From an uncultured archaeon (GTDB taxonomy: Archaea; Thermoplasmatota; Penumbrarchaeia; JASLWR01): a DNA stretch of 50,540 nucleotides. The translations under genes and the position numbers were made by a program. This document shows, in pieces, positions 18,828 through 28,996 of this stretch. The first letter of the stretch is position 1. Every line of letters starts with the position of its first letter. Location: the NCBI GenBank assembly GCA_964342815.1, contig CAYFHS010000028.1, positions 1-50,540 on the forward strand. The letters run 5' to 3'. The notes beneath the pieces were generated by a model. It made no database searches. It saw only the letters and a program-made list of their open reading frames with translations, and had not been told where the DNA came from.

Positions 18828-20654
18828 ATGGTACAACTCCATGAATTGATATTCCGTGATGCACATCAATCAATGCTGGCAACACGGATGAGGACCGAGG
18901 ACATGCTGCCAATCGCTGACACCATCGACCAGATCGGTTTTTTTTCTTTCGAGGTCTGGGGGGGAGCCACTTTTGACGTTCCCATAAGATACCTGAACGA
19001 AGACCCCTGGGAAAGGATAAACAAGCTCAAGGAAGCAATGCCCAACACTCCTATGCAAATGCTCGAACGGGCCATGAACATCGTAGCTTACTGGAACTTT
19101 CCGGATGATATTGTCCAGAACTTCTTCCGTCTGGCCAAACGCAACGGTGTGGATTATTTCAGGATATTCGATGCATTGAATGATCTCCGCAATATGAAGA
19201 TCCCCATTGAGACCGCTAAAAAGGTTGGGGGTCACGCACAGGGTTGTCTTTCTTATACAATATCCCCGGTTCATACCACCGAATACTACATAAGGGATTT
19301 CAAAGAATTGGAAAAAATGGGCTGTGATAGTCTTTGTATAAAAGACATGGCAGGAATGATCTCGCCTAAGAGGGCTTATGATATCATCAAAGGATGCAAA
19401 GACGAAGGGATAAAGGCTCCCATTGATCTTCATTCCCACTGCACCAGCGGCATGACGGGTATGTCATACATGAAAGCATGCGACGCCGGTGTTGATATCC
19501 TGGACACCGCAATGTCTCCAATTTCCGGTGGAACCGCGGGTCCTCCCACTGAATCTGTTGTGGCAGCTTTGAAAGGAACGGAATATGATACCGGTTATGA
19601 CATGAAACTTCTCATTGAATGCCGCAAATATTTCCTCAAAGTTTGGGACAAATACAGGCATCTTCATCGGGTAAATGCCCTTAAGGTAGACCCCGAGGTT
19701 ACCGTTCACCAGATTCCAGGCGGTATGTTATCGAACCTTATTTTTCAGCTGGAAGAGCAGGGAGCGGGTGATAAATATTTTGCAGTTCTTGATGAGACCG
19801 CAAAGGTTCGCGAGGAAATGGGATATCCGCCTCTGGTCACACCCACGAGTCAGGTTGTTGGGGTTCAGGCTGTGATGAACGTTCTATTCGGCAGGTACAA
19901 GAAAATACCCAAAGAGACAAAGGATTATTGCAGGGGATTTTATGGTAAGCCCCCTGCCCCCATCAAACCCGAGATAATGGAGAAGGTACTGGGTCCGGAC
20001 TGGAAGGATGAGGTGATCGACTGCAGGCCCGCCGATCTTCTGGAGCCCATGTGGAAGAAGAGAAAGGAAGAATTGGACGCACTTGATGTGACCATTAGAA
20101 AGGAAGAGGACTATATGACGTATTCCATCTACCCCCAGGTTGGACTGAAATTCCTCAAAGGAGATGCCATACCCGAGTTCACGTCGGACCAACTTCCGCT
20201 TCCGATGGATCACAAGATGACCCGTTCTATGGTTTCATCCATGTTCCCGGGTGTCAATGATATATGGCTGGAAACCGAGCCTCCCGAAGCGAGAAAGGTT
20301 GGTGGACCGGCACCCATTCCCACGGAATTCGACGTTGAAGTTGACGGCGAGTTATTTGATGTGAAACTCTCACCCAAGGGGGGATATATTGTAGCTGAGG
20401 GAAGTGGATCCCCGTCTGCATCATCGCCCCCCAAAGACGTGGAAGGTGGAATCAAGGCCGCTATGCAGGGAACCATATTGAAAGTGCTCCTGAAGGAGGG
20501 TGAAGAGGTGGTTGAAGGTGATGCTATCGCAGTGATAGAAGCCATGAAGATGGAGCAGGAAATTCACGCCACCCATGCAGGTGTTATAAAAAAAATATTC
20601 ATAGCGGAAGGCGACAGCGTCGGCCCTAATGATATTATAATGCAGGTCCTGTGA
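18828..20654 (+). CDS. pycB: Pyruvate carboxylase subunit B (carboxyltransferase plus biotin carrier)
   Basis: RDAHQS, EVWGGATFD, IKDMAG, HSHCTSG, QIPGGM.SNL, PPLVTPTSQ, biotinyl EAMKM. Confidence 0.9.
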   Translation: MVQLHELIFRDAHQSMLATRMRTEDMLPIADTIDQIGFFSFEVWGGATFDVPIRYLNEDPWERINKLKEAMPNTPMQMLERAMNIVAYWNFPDDIVQNFFRLAKRNGVDYFRIFDALNDLRNMKIPIETAKKVGGHAQGCLSYTISPVHTTEYYIRDFKELEKMGCDSLCIKDMAGMISPKRAYDIIKGCKDEGIKAPIDLHSHCTSGMTGMSYMKACDAGVDILDTAMSPISGGTAGPPTESVVAALKGTEYDTGYDMKLLIECRKYFLKVWDKYRHLHRVNALKVDPEVTVHQIPGGMLSNLIFQLEEQGAGDKYFAVLDETAKVREEMGYPPLVTPTSQVVGVQAVMNVLFGRYKKIPKETKDYCRGFYGKPPAPIKPEIMEKVLGPDWKDEVIDCRPADLLEPMWKKRKEELDALDVTIRKEEDYMTYSIYPQVGLKFLKGDAIPEFTSDQLPLPMDHKMTRSMVSSMFPGVNDIWLETEPPEARKVGGPAPIPTEFDVEVDGELFDVKLSPKGGYIVAEGSGSPSASSPPKDVEGGIKAAMQGTILKVLLKEGEEVVEGDAIAVIEAMKMEQEIHATHAGVIKKIFIAEGDSVGPNDIIMQVL

Positions 20655-22111
20655 TTGAAATGCTGAACAAAGTATTGATTGCCAACAGGGGAGAGATCGC
20701 CATTCGGATAATGAGAGCCTGCAGGGAATTTGGCATCCCTACAGTGGCAGTATATTCCGATGCGGACCAGAATGCATTGTTCGTTAAATACGCCGACGAG
20801 AAATATAATATTGGGAAAAATCCCGCTAGCATGAGCTATCTTAGGAAAGAAAAGCTCATTGATGTAGCTCTGAAGTGCGGTGCGGATGGGGTCCACCCCG
20901 GTTACGGTTTCCTGGCTGAGAACGCGGAGTTTGCCGATATGTGCAAATCCAATAGTATCGAATTTATTGGACCACCAGTCAGCGCAATGGAGTTGATGTG
21001 TTCAAAGATCGATTCCAAGAAATCTATGAAAGCGGCAGGGGTACACGTTGTTCCTGGGGTGTCCGAAGCCATCAGCGACCACGAGAGAGCAAAAGATATC
21101 GCTCACGAGATTGGATACCCTGTTATGCTGAAGGCCAGCGCTGGGGGTGGCGGTATAGGTATACAGATGGCCGAGAATGAGACCGTATTGGAAGGAACCC
21201 TCGAATCTGTGAGGAGACTAGCAAAAAACTCGTTCGGGGACGATTCTGTGTTCATAGAGAAGTTCATCCCCGATCCAAGACATATAGAGTTCCAGGTGAT
21301 CGGAGACAAGCATGGACATATGATACACTTATGCGAGCGTGAGTGCTCGGTGCAAAGGCGTCATCAAAAACTCATTGAGGAAACGCCTTCCTGTGCCCTT
21401 GATCCGGATCTGAGAGCGGAAATGGGAGAGCAAGCAGTTCTAGTAGCGAATACAGCCGGTTACTACAACGCAGGAACATGCGAGTTCATGTTAAGGGACG
21501 GGGAATACTATTTTCTTGAAATGAACACGCGGCTGCAGGTTGAGCATCCCATAACTGAGATGATTACAGGTGTCGATTTAGCCAGAGAACAGCTGAGGGT
21601 GGCTTCGGGGCTGGAACTGGAATATGGACAGGAGGATATACAGCCGAGAGGACATTCAATCGAATGCCGGATAAACGCCGAGGATCCATTGAATAAATTT
21701 TTACCTGCTCCGGGTAGGATCTCGAAATATGCCGAGCCGTCGGGACCTGGTATCAGGGTGGATTCAGGTGTGTACGAGGGTTTCACTATACCACCATACT
21801 ACGATTCAATGATCGCAAAGTTGATCGTATGGGCAGAAGACCGGCCAAGAACAATCGAGAGGATGAAGAGGGCTCTGTGGGAGTTTCAGATTTTTGGGGT
21901 ACGCCACAATATTCCATTCCATGAAGTGGTCATGAATGAACCGTTTTTTAATAGGGGCGATTACGACACCTCGTATATTCCTAGATACAGGATAATGGAT
22001 AAAGTGGTGGACTATATAGATGCCCAGAAATCTGCCAGTGGAGGAGCCCGCATCGCTGCAGCCCTTTCCGCCGTAGGGGCTTATGTTAATGCGTATTGTG
22101 GACAGGGGTGA
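20651..22111 (+). CDS. pycA: Biotin carboxylase / pyruvate carboxylase subunit A
   Basis: KVLIANRGEIA, HPGYGFLAEN, KASAGGGG, RECSVQRRHQK, EMNTRLQVEH, YDSMIAK; 4-bp overlap with pycB. Confidence 0.95.
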   Translation: MIEMLNKVLIANRGEIAIRIMRACREFGIPTVAVYSDADQNALFVKYADEKYNIGKNPASMSYLRKEKLIDVALKCGADGVHPGYGFLAENAEFADMCKSNSIEFIGPPVSAMELMCSKIDSKKSMKAAGVHVVPGVSEAISDHERAKDIAHEIGYPVMLKASAGGGGIGIQMAENETVLEGTLESVRRLAKNSFGDDSVFIEKFIPDPRHIEFQVIGDKHGHMIHLCERECSVQRRHQKLIEETPSCALDPDLRAEMGEQAVLVANTAGYYNAGTCEFMLRDGEYYFLEMNTRLQVEHPITEMITGVDLAREQLRVASGLELEYGQEDIQPRGHSIECRINAEDPLNKFLPAPGRISKYAEPSGPGIRVDSGVYEGFTIPPYYDSMIAKLIVWAEDRPRTIERMKRALWEFQIFGVRHNIPFHEVVMNEPFFNRGDYDTSYIPRYRIMDKVVDYIDAQKSASGGARIAAALSAVGAYVNAYCGQG

Positions 22112-22147
22112 ATTTTATTAGCATAGCATAAAATCATTGTAGAAGAA

Positions 22148-22163
22148 TTTTTTCCCTTTTTTT
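22148..22163 (+). terminator. Candidate oligo-T terminator after pycBA
   Basis: TTTTTTCCCTTTTTTT about 37 nt after the stop codon. Confidence 0.4.
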
Positions 22164-22324
22164 CTGAGAGTCTTTCACAATTATTCACTTTATTTTCCAT
22201 AACATTTTAATATGGAAAATTTATTAGTATACTTTCACGTGGCTTTATTATTCTCGTTAAATCCCTACCGGTTTAAAGGAACTCAACAAAAAGAGATCAA
22301 GAAGAAAATGGAGATGGTTAGAGT

Positions 22325-24109
22325 ATGCAAGAAATAGAATTTATTATTTCCATACTTGGATTCGCATTTACCATATCCGTCGTCGGTTTTACTTACTTTA
22401 CCCTAAAAAATTTCCGATTCATGAGGACGTCGTTTGGCCATAAATTCGTCTTGGGAAGTGCTGTCCTTTCCCTAATGACCAGTATTGTTGGTACCCTGTA
22501 CCACTTTTATTTCCCCAGTTTGAAATTTATCACGTTTTCCATATGGGTCATTGCATTGCTTTTATTGATAATCGGATGTACAATCAGAGGAATGCAGTTA
22601 AAAAGGCATTTTCAGTTATCTTTATTTCGTACATTTCTTCGGATTCCTCAGGGTAAGTTGTACTTTGCCGCTCTTACCATACTTATTGTCGTCAGCCTAC
22701 CTTCATATATATTAGCACTACTTTCTCCATTACTTCCTTGTTATAATTGGTTCTCAATTGTTCAACTTGGTTCGTGGATATCCGCGTATCTTATTCTAAT
22801 GTTAGCGGAAAAAAATCTATATTATATGTTTCGCAGGAAAGATGAAATGGTGAAATATTGGGGTGATGATGATATTGCTTGGCTTGAAGAGGACGTACTT
22901 GTATGTGATTCATATGGGGATTTGACAAATTATTGTATATTGGCATCAATACCATATGTAGGAAAAAAATCTCTTAATAATATTTTGATAAATTATTTCG
23001 AAAATTCACCTGTATTATTTGAGGGATCTAAGATAAGGAATGACGGAACCATCGATATCAAATTTGTTGTGGAAAACCTCGAAAACATATATTCTAAAGG
23101 GAGAGTAACCACAATTTGCATGTTATTTGGTGAACTAAACCGAAAGTTAATGGAGATATTAAGCGATGCAACTTCCCGTGAGTATGCTAAGGAGATCTAC
23201 GAGAAAGGTTTCCGTGACATTAGGAAACGATATAAGAACAAACCCATCTTATTGAATATTCTAAGAAGTCTGCCTGATGACATCCTTGAGACCGAACGGT
23301 TCGGACTCATGAGCAAGGAGGAGTTGGAAGTAAAGGTCAGGGAGAGAACCGGTGAACTTGAAAAGATCACGGTAGAACTGGAAAGAGCCAATAACGATCT
23401 TAAAGGATTGGACAAGATGAAATCGGATTTCATAGATATTGCATCCCATGAACTGAGAACACCAATGACTCCAATCAAATCCCTAGTTCAGCTTATCGAA
23501 GAGGGGGGATTGGAAAGATTGGATGAGCCTCGTCGGGAGATCCTATTCAGGACATTGAACAACAGTATCGACCGGCTCACATCGACAGTATCAGAGATGC
23601 TTGACATCTCCAGATTGGAAAAAGTTGAACTGAAGCTTGAACCGCTTTCCATTCAAAGTATAGCAAAAAAGGCAATTGCATCGCTTTCAGTCAAGATCGA
23701 GGAAAAGAAGCACGAAATATCCATGGATATTCCCGATGGACTTCCTCGGATACAAGGGGACCGGATATTAATTTCAAATCTTGTCCTGAATCTAATATCC
23801 AATGCAGTTCGTTACACTCCAAAGGGCGGAAGCATTACGATACGGTCCCACAGGGAGGGGAAAAACTTGCATACAAAGATTTCCGATACAGGTATCGGCA
23901 TCCCTCAAGAAGATTTAACTGAAATTTTCCGCCCGTTTTATCAGGTGGAAGATGTGGAGCATAGAAAATACGGGGGAGTGGGTCTTGGTCTAAACATAGT
24001 GCGAGGTATCGCAGATCGGCACGGTGGACAGGTTTGGGCCGAAAGTGAATTGGGGGAAGGCTCGACGTTTCATTTCATCCTACCCCTGAAATGTATAAAT
24101 AAAAGCTAA
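22325..24109 (+). CDS. Membrane sensor histidine kinase (about 5 TM, unassigned cytoplasmic domain, HisKA, HATPase_c)
   Basis: ASHELRTP H-box, NLISNAVRYT N-box, DTGIGI G1, GVGLGL G2. Confidence 0.95.
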   Translation: MQEIEFIISILGFAFTISVVGFTYFTLKNFRFMRTSFGHKFVLGSAVLSLMTSIVGTLYHFYFPSLKFITFSIWVIALLLLIIGCTIRGMQLKRHFQLSLFRTFLRIPQGKLYFAALTILIVVSLPSYILALLSPLLPCYNWFSIVQLGSWISAYLILMLAEKNLYYMFRRKDEMVKYWGDDDIAWLEEDVLVCDSYGDLTNYCILASIPYVGKKSLNNILINYFENSPVLFEGSKIRNDGTIDIKFVVENLENIYSKGRVTTICMLFGELNRKLMEILSDATSREYAKEIYEKGFRDIRKRYKNKPILLNILRSLPDDILETERFGLMSKEELEVKVRERTGELEKITVELERANNDLKGLDKMKSDFIDIASHELRTPMTPIKSLVQLIEEGGLERLDEPRREILFRTLNNSIDRLTSTVSEMLDISRLEKVELKLEPLSIQSIAKKAIASLSVKIEEKKHEISMDIPDGLPRIQGDRILISNLVLNLISNAVRYTPKGGSITIRSHREGKNLHTKISDTGIGIPQEDLTEIFRPFYQVEDVEHRKYGGVGLGLNIVRGIADRHGGQVWAESELGEGSTFHFILPLKCINKS

Positions 24110-24123
24110 GAAGAGGTATAATT

Positions 24124-24489
24124 ATGACGAAAACGATTATGGTAGTTGACGACGAGAAGATTATTCTGGAAGGAATCCAATTACTGCTGGAAATGAAAGA
24201 TTACGATGTATTCGCAATAGATAACGGACACGAATGTCTTGAAAAGATAAAAACAATTGATCCCGACCTGCTTCTGCTGGATATCCTTATGCCAGAAATG
24301 AACGGTTGGGAGGTCCTGTCTAACCTTGCTGTCATGAAACTCGACATACCTGTTATCATTCTGACGGCAAAGATACAGACCATTGACAAGGTTATTGGTC
24401 GGAACAATCCCCTGGTGAGAGAATATATTACGAAACCATTCAATAACCATTATCTACTGGAAAAAATTAAGGAAATTGTCGAAGAATAG
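24124..24489 (+). CDS. Stand-alone response regulator receiver (CheY-like)
   Basis: VVDDE, LLDILMP (phospho-Asp), ILTAK, YITKPF; no output domain. Confidence 0.95.
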   Translation: MTKTIMVVDDEKIILEGIQLLLEMKDYDVFAIDNGHECLEKIKTIDPDLLLLDILMPEMNGWEVLSNLAVMKLDIPVIILTAKIQTIDKVIGRNNPLVREYITKPFNNHYLLEKIKEIVEE

Positions 24490-24509
24490 TAAAAAGGAAG
24501 GGGATCGAC

Positions 24510-26024
24510 ATGACTCACGAGAATGGGCTTCTTTCAAGGTTCGGAGAAAGCATAATGGCGAATCTACCTGTAGGGGTAATTACCGTCAATACGGAACTGA
24601 TCATCGGAAGTATCAACCCCTTCGCTGAAAGATTGTTGGATGTTGAAAAGAGTATCGGGATCGGGGATGATCTGAAGAATTTGACATCCAAAATCTTTTT
24701 ACCTGAGGATAGAAATAATTTATTAGATAGGGTGAAAACGGTTATAGGAGGAAATCAGATTGATTCTTTCGAGCTCCATACCAAACTGCGGGGGACCGAC
24801 CGGTACTTGAGGATCATGCTTTCACCTCTTTTGGAATCGGGAAATCCTATTATGGGTGCTGAGATCACATTGGAAGATATAACTGAACGTAAACGAGCTG
24901 AAAACGCTCTACGTGCAAGCGAGGAAAAGTACAGGAGCATCGTGGAGCAATCTGAAGATGGTATAGTAATTATAGATGATGAGGGGATTGTCATAGAATG
25001 GAATAAAGGGCAGGAGCTTTTAACCGGATTCGATGAAACCGCTGCACTTGGCCGTCACATATGGGATATCGAGTTCTGGTTGTGCTCGGATCTTGAAAAA
25101 AAGGATTCAAGCTCTTACAATAAGATCAAGAATCGTGCGCTTGAATCACTAAAAAGGGAGGACCGCAAGTTGCCGAGGATTCCCCTTGAACGCGAGTTCC
25201 ATCGTCCGGACGGACGTGATGTTACGGTCCAGATGCAGCTTTTCTCTATACGAACGGAAAAGGGGCGGATGACTGGTTGTATCAGCAGGGATATCACCGA
25301 ACGTATAAAGGCAGAAATAGAGTTGAGAAAACAATTAATGAGATACGATCTAAAAAAGGGAATTCAATATCTTGTAAAGGAACGCACACCCAACCTAGCG
25401 GTGGATGCATTCAGGGATATTGTAAAAGTTGGACATGAGGGGATTCTAATATCCAGGTCGCCAGGGGGGTTTTATAAAAAAATTAACAAGGAGCTGGTTC
25501 AGATATTTTGGCTTTCAGAGAGTGACGTGGAAAATTCCATATCACCAGACCTTAATGAGATTATTTCTTTCTTAGGGGGATGCAAAACCGGGACTGCCCT
25601 ACTGTTCGATAGGTTTGATTATCTAATCTCGAAGAACCAATATGAAAAGATTCTCATATTTATCCAGGACCTGAACGAATTAGCTTACACCAAAGGTCTG
25701 ATAGTAATTCTATCATTGGATCCATCCATATTAACGTCAAAACAGCTTCGTTTGATCGAAAAAGAGTGCCGGGAAGTGGAACCAAGGCTCATGACGAAAT
25801 TGACCGAAGGAATATTAGAGGTCATGAGGTTTGTATACAAGGAGAATCTTAAAGGCATGAATCCGACTTACAATGAAATAGGGCTCGTTTTGGGCGTCAG
25901 TAAACCGACAGTTAGAAAGAGAGTACGGGATTTAGTTTATACAGGTTATCTAGACCAGCAGCAATCGGGAACTAAAAAAATGGTTATCCTTACCGAGAAG
26001 GGGAAGAGATTATTCTCGAAATAA
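24510..26024 (+). CDS. PAS-PAS-DUF835-winged HTH regulator
   Basis: EDITERKRAE and RDITERIKAE PAC ends; YLVKERTP...GILISR...LFDRFDYLI...IVILSLDP (DUF835-like); YNEIGLVLGVSKPTVRKRVRDLVYTGYL wHTH. Confidence 0.88.
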   Translation: MTHENGLLSRFGESIMANLPVGVITVNTELIIGSINPFAERLLDVEKSIGIGDDLKNLTSKIFLPEDRNNLLDRVKTVIGGNQIDSFELHTKLRGTDRYLRIMLSPLLESGNPIMGAEITLEDITERKRAENALRASEEKYRSIVEQSEDGIVIIDDEGIVIEWNKGQELLTGFDETAALGRHIWDIEFWLCSDLEKKDSSSYNKIKNRALESLKREDRKLPRIPLEREFHRPDGRDVTVQMQLFSIRTEKGRMTGCISRDITERIKAEIELRKQLMRYDLKKGIQYLVKERTPNLAVDAFRDIVKVGHEGILISRSPGGFYKKINKELVQIFWLSESDVENSISPDLNEIISFLGGCKTGTALLFDRFDYLISKNQYEKILIFIQDLNELAYTKGLIVILSLDPSILTSKQLRLIEKECREVEPRLMTKLTEGILEVMRFVYKENLKGMNPTYNEIGLVLGVSKPTVRKRVRDLVYTGYLDQQQSGTKKMVILTEKGKRLFSK

Positions 26025-26146
26025 TCTCTCTTAATTTTCACTATTTTTCACCATTTTTTGCACAATAGTTAATTACTTGATACGCATTATTGTTTTAATG
26101 AGTCGGAATCCACGTGTTTTCCGGTTTCAAGCGATTTCTATAGCGT

Positions 26147-27217
26147 TTGCAAGATCTATTGATAATGGGTAATACCATGAAGGATCAAGTTGAAGAATTG
26201 GATGTTTATGGAAAAATGATCATGAAGGCAGAGAGTTCACGCAATTGGGCAAGAGCGGCCATGGTATATAATGACCTGGGGAACTCCCTGCAGGACAAGT
26301 GTCAATTCTCAAAAGCCGTGGTGTCCTATAACAGAGCGGTTTTCTTTGCCAGGAAGGTGTCCGATTGGGACACGGTAACAAAAGCGTATTACAACGAGGG
26401 AAATGCTCAGCAGAAACAGACCAAGTTCTTGGATGCTGTCAAATCGTATATGAAGGCTATTAGTTTTCAAAAAAAGATTAAAAATTACGGAATCGGGGCA
26501 ATGGTTTACAATAACATGGGAAACTCATACCAGAAACTGCAAAGGTATTCGGAAGCACTGGAATCGTATAAAAAGGCAATTTTTCTCGGAACCAAGACCC
26601 CGGATCCCAATACCGTGGTAACTGCATTTTACAACGCGGGCAGTGTGTATTCCAATATGGGTAAGTATAAAAAAGCTATCTGTCATTATCTGAAGGCCAT
26701 CGACTTCGGTTTGAACGTCAAAGATTATCATACGGTGGCAGGAGCATACTACAACCTGGGTAATACATTCGATGATATCGAATGGCCTGAGAAATCCATC
26801 AAAGCTTTTCAAAAGGCTATCATATATGGAAAGAAGAAATCCGATTGGCCAACCGTGGCAAAATCGTATTCGAATATTGGAAAAGCGTACTTGGAGCTTG
26901 AAAATCACGAGAAATCTTTGGAATCCTACTTGAAGGCATTAAAACTGTGCAATTATCTTCCAGATGGTGGGGAACCGATATTCCCTGTAGTTACTATTAT
27001 GATATGTATTTCCGGAATAGTCAGTATTGATAAAAAAGAATGGAATGAAGTGGATTTGTTCGTAAAAAAGCTGCGGGAAATATACAAGAAGTGTTCCATA
27101 CAAGGAGAGGCGGTTAAAATAATTGAGACAATGTTAGATTTCGAGAGAGATCTACCACGCGAGGAAGAAGCTCCACTCCGGAAATTCAAAGAATTATTTC
27201 TTGATTCCATAAGGTAG
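26147..27217 (+). CDS. Tetratricopeptide-repeat protein
   Basis: Six or seven 40-aa-spaced A..Y.N.GN.Y......KA...Y.KA repeats; start may be an ATG at 26164 or later. Confidence 0.9.
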   Translation: MQDLLIMGNTMKDQVEELDVYGKMIMKAESSRNWARAAMVYNDLGNSLQDKCQFSKAVVSYNRAVFFARKVSDWDTVTKAYYNEGNAQQKQTKFLDAVKSYMKAISFQKKIKNYGIGAMVYNNMGNSYQKLQRYSEALESYKKAIFLGTKTPDPNTVVTAFYNAGSVYSNMGKYKKAICHYLKAIDFGLNVKDYHTVAGAYYNLGNTFDDIEWPEKSIKAFQKAIIYGKKKSDWPTVAKSYSNIGKAYLELENHEKSLESYLKALKLCNYLPDGGEPIFPVVTIMICISGIVSIDKKEWNEVDLFVKKLREIYKKCSIQGEAVKIIETMLDFERDLPREEEAPLRKFKELFLDSIR

Positions 27218-27354
27218 TTCATTCATACTGACGCATAATAATTATAAAGGTCAGCTTGTTGGTTAGATTCATGAGAAAAATATTATGAAGCGGAGAAAAA
27301 AATTAAAAACTAGGGCAGGTGGAACTTCAATCCGAATCGCATCATGCAGAATAA

Positions 27355-28578
27355 TCATTTTTTTCTCCGTTTCAAATAAAATAAAATACCAATAAATATT
27401 ATTATAATAATAGAAATAAATATCCATATCAAATTAATATCCAGGGCATTCTCTTCCTCGCCTTTATCTTTTGAAACTATTTGTGAATGGTTCATTTGAC
27501 CTAATATATTCAACTTTTCAACTGCCAATTGGTAGGAGATGGTAAGGCCGGTATTTATCCCCTTCAATAACTCCGTTTTCCCACCAGCGTATAATTCCAT
27601 GGTTTCCAGAGTATCGGCAGGTGTATGTTTGAAATTCCTTTCATTAATATCCCCCTCGTCTTTGGGATACTCATGCAAACCTCGAAACCATACTGACGGT
27701 ATTGATTTTCGAATAAAAAATGAGTGGTCGCTTGCGGCTTCGGTATCATCCAGTACAAGAACCCAGTCAGAAGGATAATTGTTCTGATTGTATGTTATAT
27801 TTTTAATAAGTTCCTTAAAACCGGTGAAATTATCCAATGTAGATTCGGTAAATTCTGTGTTGCTATACCTTGAAAAATCTTCAACGGGACTCGTATAAAG
27901 ATATAATTTATAATATTCCTCCGATGAACCAGGGATCCTATTAATGATTGGATAACTTAGACCGTACATATCAAGATTTATGTATGCAGCGACTTTGATA
28001 TCGGGCGCTAAATTATCCAGATAATATGAACTACCGGCTCCACCACCTTCTTCAGAATCCCATGTTGCAAATAAAACTGTGATATTGGGTCCTTCACTAG
28101 TTTTATAATTCTCTGTGAATAATCTTGCCAGCTCAATTACCGTGGCAGCCCCAACTGCATTATCATACGCGGCACTTGTTGCGTACTGCTGAGCATCATA
28201 ATGGCCACCGATGATTAAATATTTATCAGGCTCTGAAATCCCATCGAGCTTTCCAAGTATATTAGCACATCTAACATCACCATCCTTTCGATGACCAATG
28301 TATTCTTGTCGGGAGGTATTTAGTCCATAGCTCTGGAATTTATCAAAAATATAATTTTCTGCGGCCCTATGCCCAGGTGTATCCAAATATCGATACCAAT
28401 CTGAAAGTTTATCTAAATCGTTATAAACATTTTCCGCTGAGGGTTGAAGTATATCAGTTTTGGATGGAGGTATATTTGCCTCGTAATGAGGTGCAATGGC
28501 AGCGTTGCTTCCGCATAAAATTATAGAAAATAAAATCATCAAAATTAGGACCCATTTTACTGGAACCGCGGATTTCAA
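27355..28578 (-). CDS. Secreted M28 peptidase with C-terminal membrane anchor
   Basis: Signal peptide; GGHYDA, YDNAVG, WDSEEGG, NLDM, SDH, KHTPAD; C-terminal TM followed by KRRKK. Confidence 0.92.
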   Translation of the reverse strand: MKSAVPVKWVLILMILFSIILCGSNAAIAPHYEANIPPSKTDILQPSAENVYNDLDKLSDWYRYLDTPGHRAAENYIFDKFQSYGLNTSRQEYIGHRKDGDVRCANILGKLDGISEPDKYLIIGGHYDAQQYATSAAYDNAVGAATVIELARLFTENYKTSEGPNITVLFATWDSEEGGGAGSSYYLDNLAPDIKVAAYINLDMYGLSYPIINRIPGSSEEYYKLYLYTSPVEDFSRYSNTEFTESTLDNFTGFKELIKNITYNQNNYPSDWVLVLDDTEAASDHSFFIRKSIPSVWFRGLHEYPKDEGDINERNFKHTPADTLETMELYAGGKTELLKGINTGLTISYQLAVEKLNILGQMNHSQIVSKDKGEEENALDINLIWIFISIIIIIFIGILFYLKRRKK

Positions 28579-28996
28579 TTATCGACCCCTGATTAAAATA
28601 GCTACACATGTATTAAAGTTTAAGGGTAAAATCTATGCTTTTTCAAATTGATTATTGCAATCGTAAACCTCATTTATATCTGCCATTCGTAGTACAACCG
28701 TCTCAGGGCAGCCAAGATGGAAATCGACCTCCATATTAGCATTATGAATCCCCCGTCCACTCCCTTTTTGCCTATTTCTTAAATGATATACTTCCCTTGA
28801 TTCAGGTCGAGATTCTGTTCTCATAACGTCTCCATTTACTAGCCTGCTGCCGTATCCTACAGAAGCAATGCTTCAAAATTTCGTCCTAGGGAGCAAAATT
28901 CTAAAGCTAATTTTCTATTCCGAATTGTCATTCCAATGGAAGATTTTATAGGGATAGATTTCAATTAGGAATTCGTATATTTATAATCGTGGAATC

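Noticed and set aside
28633-28824. 63-aa minus-strand ORF or pseudogene fragment
   Set aside because: No recognisable family in any frame; cannot be supported.
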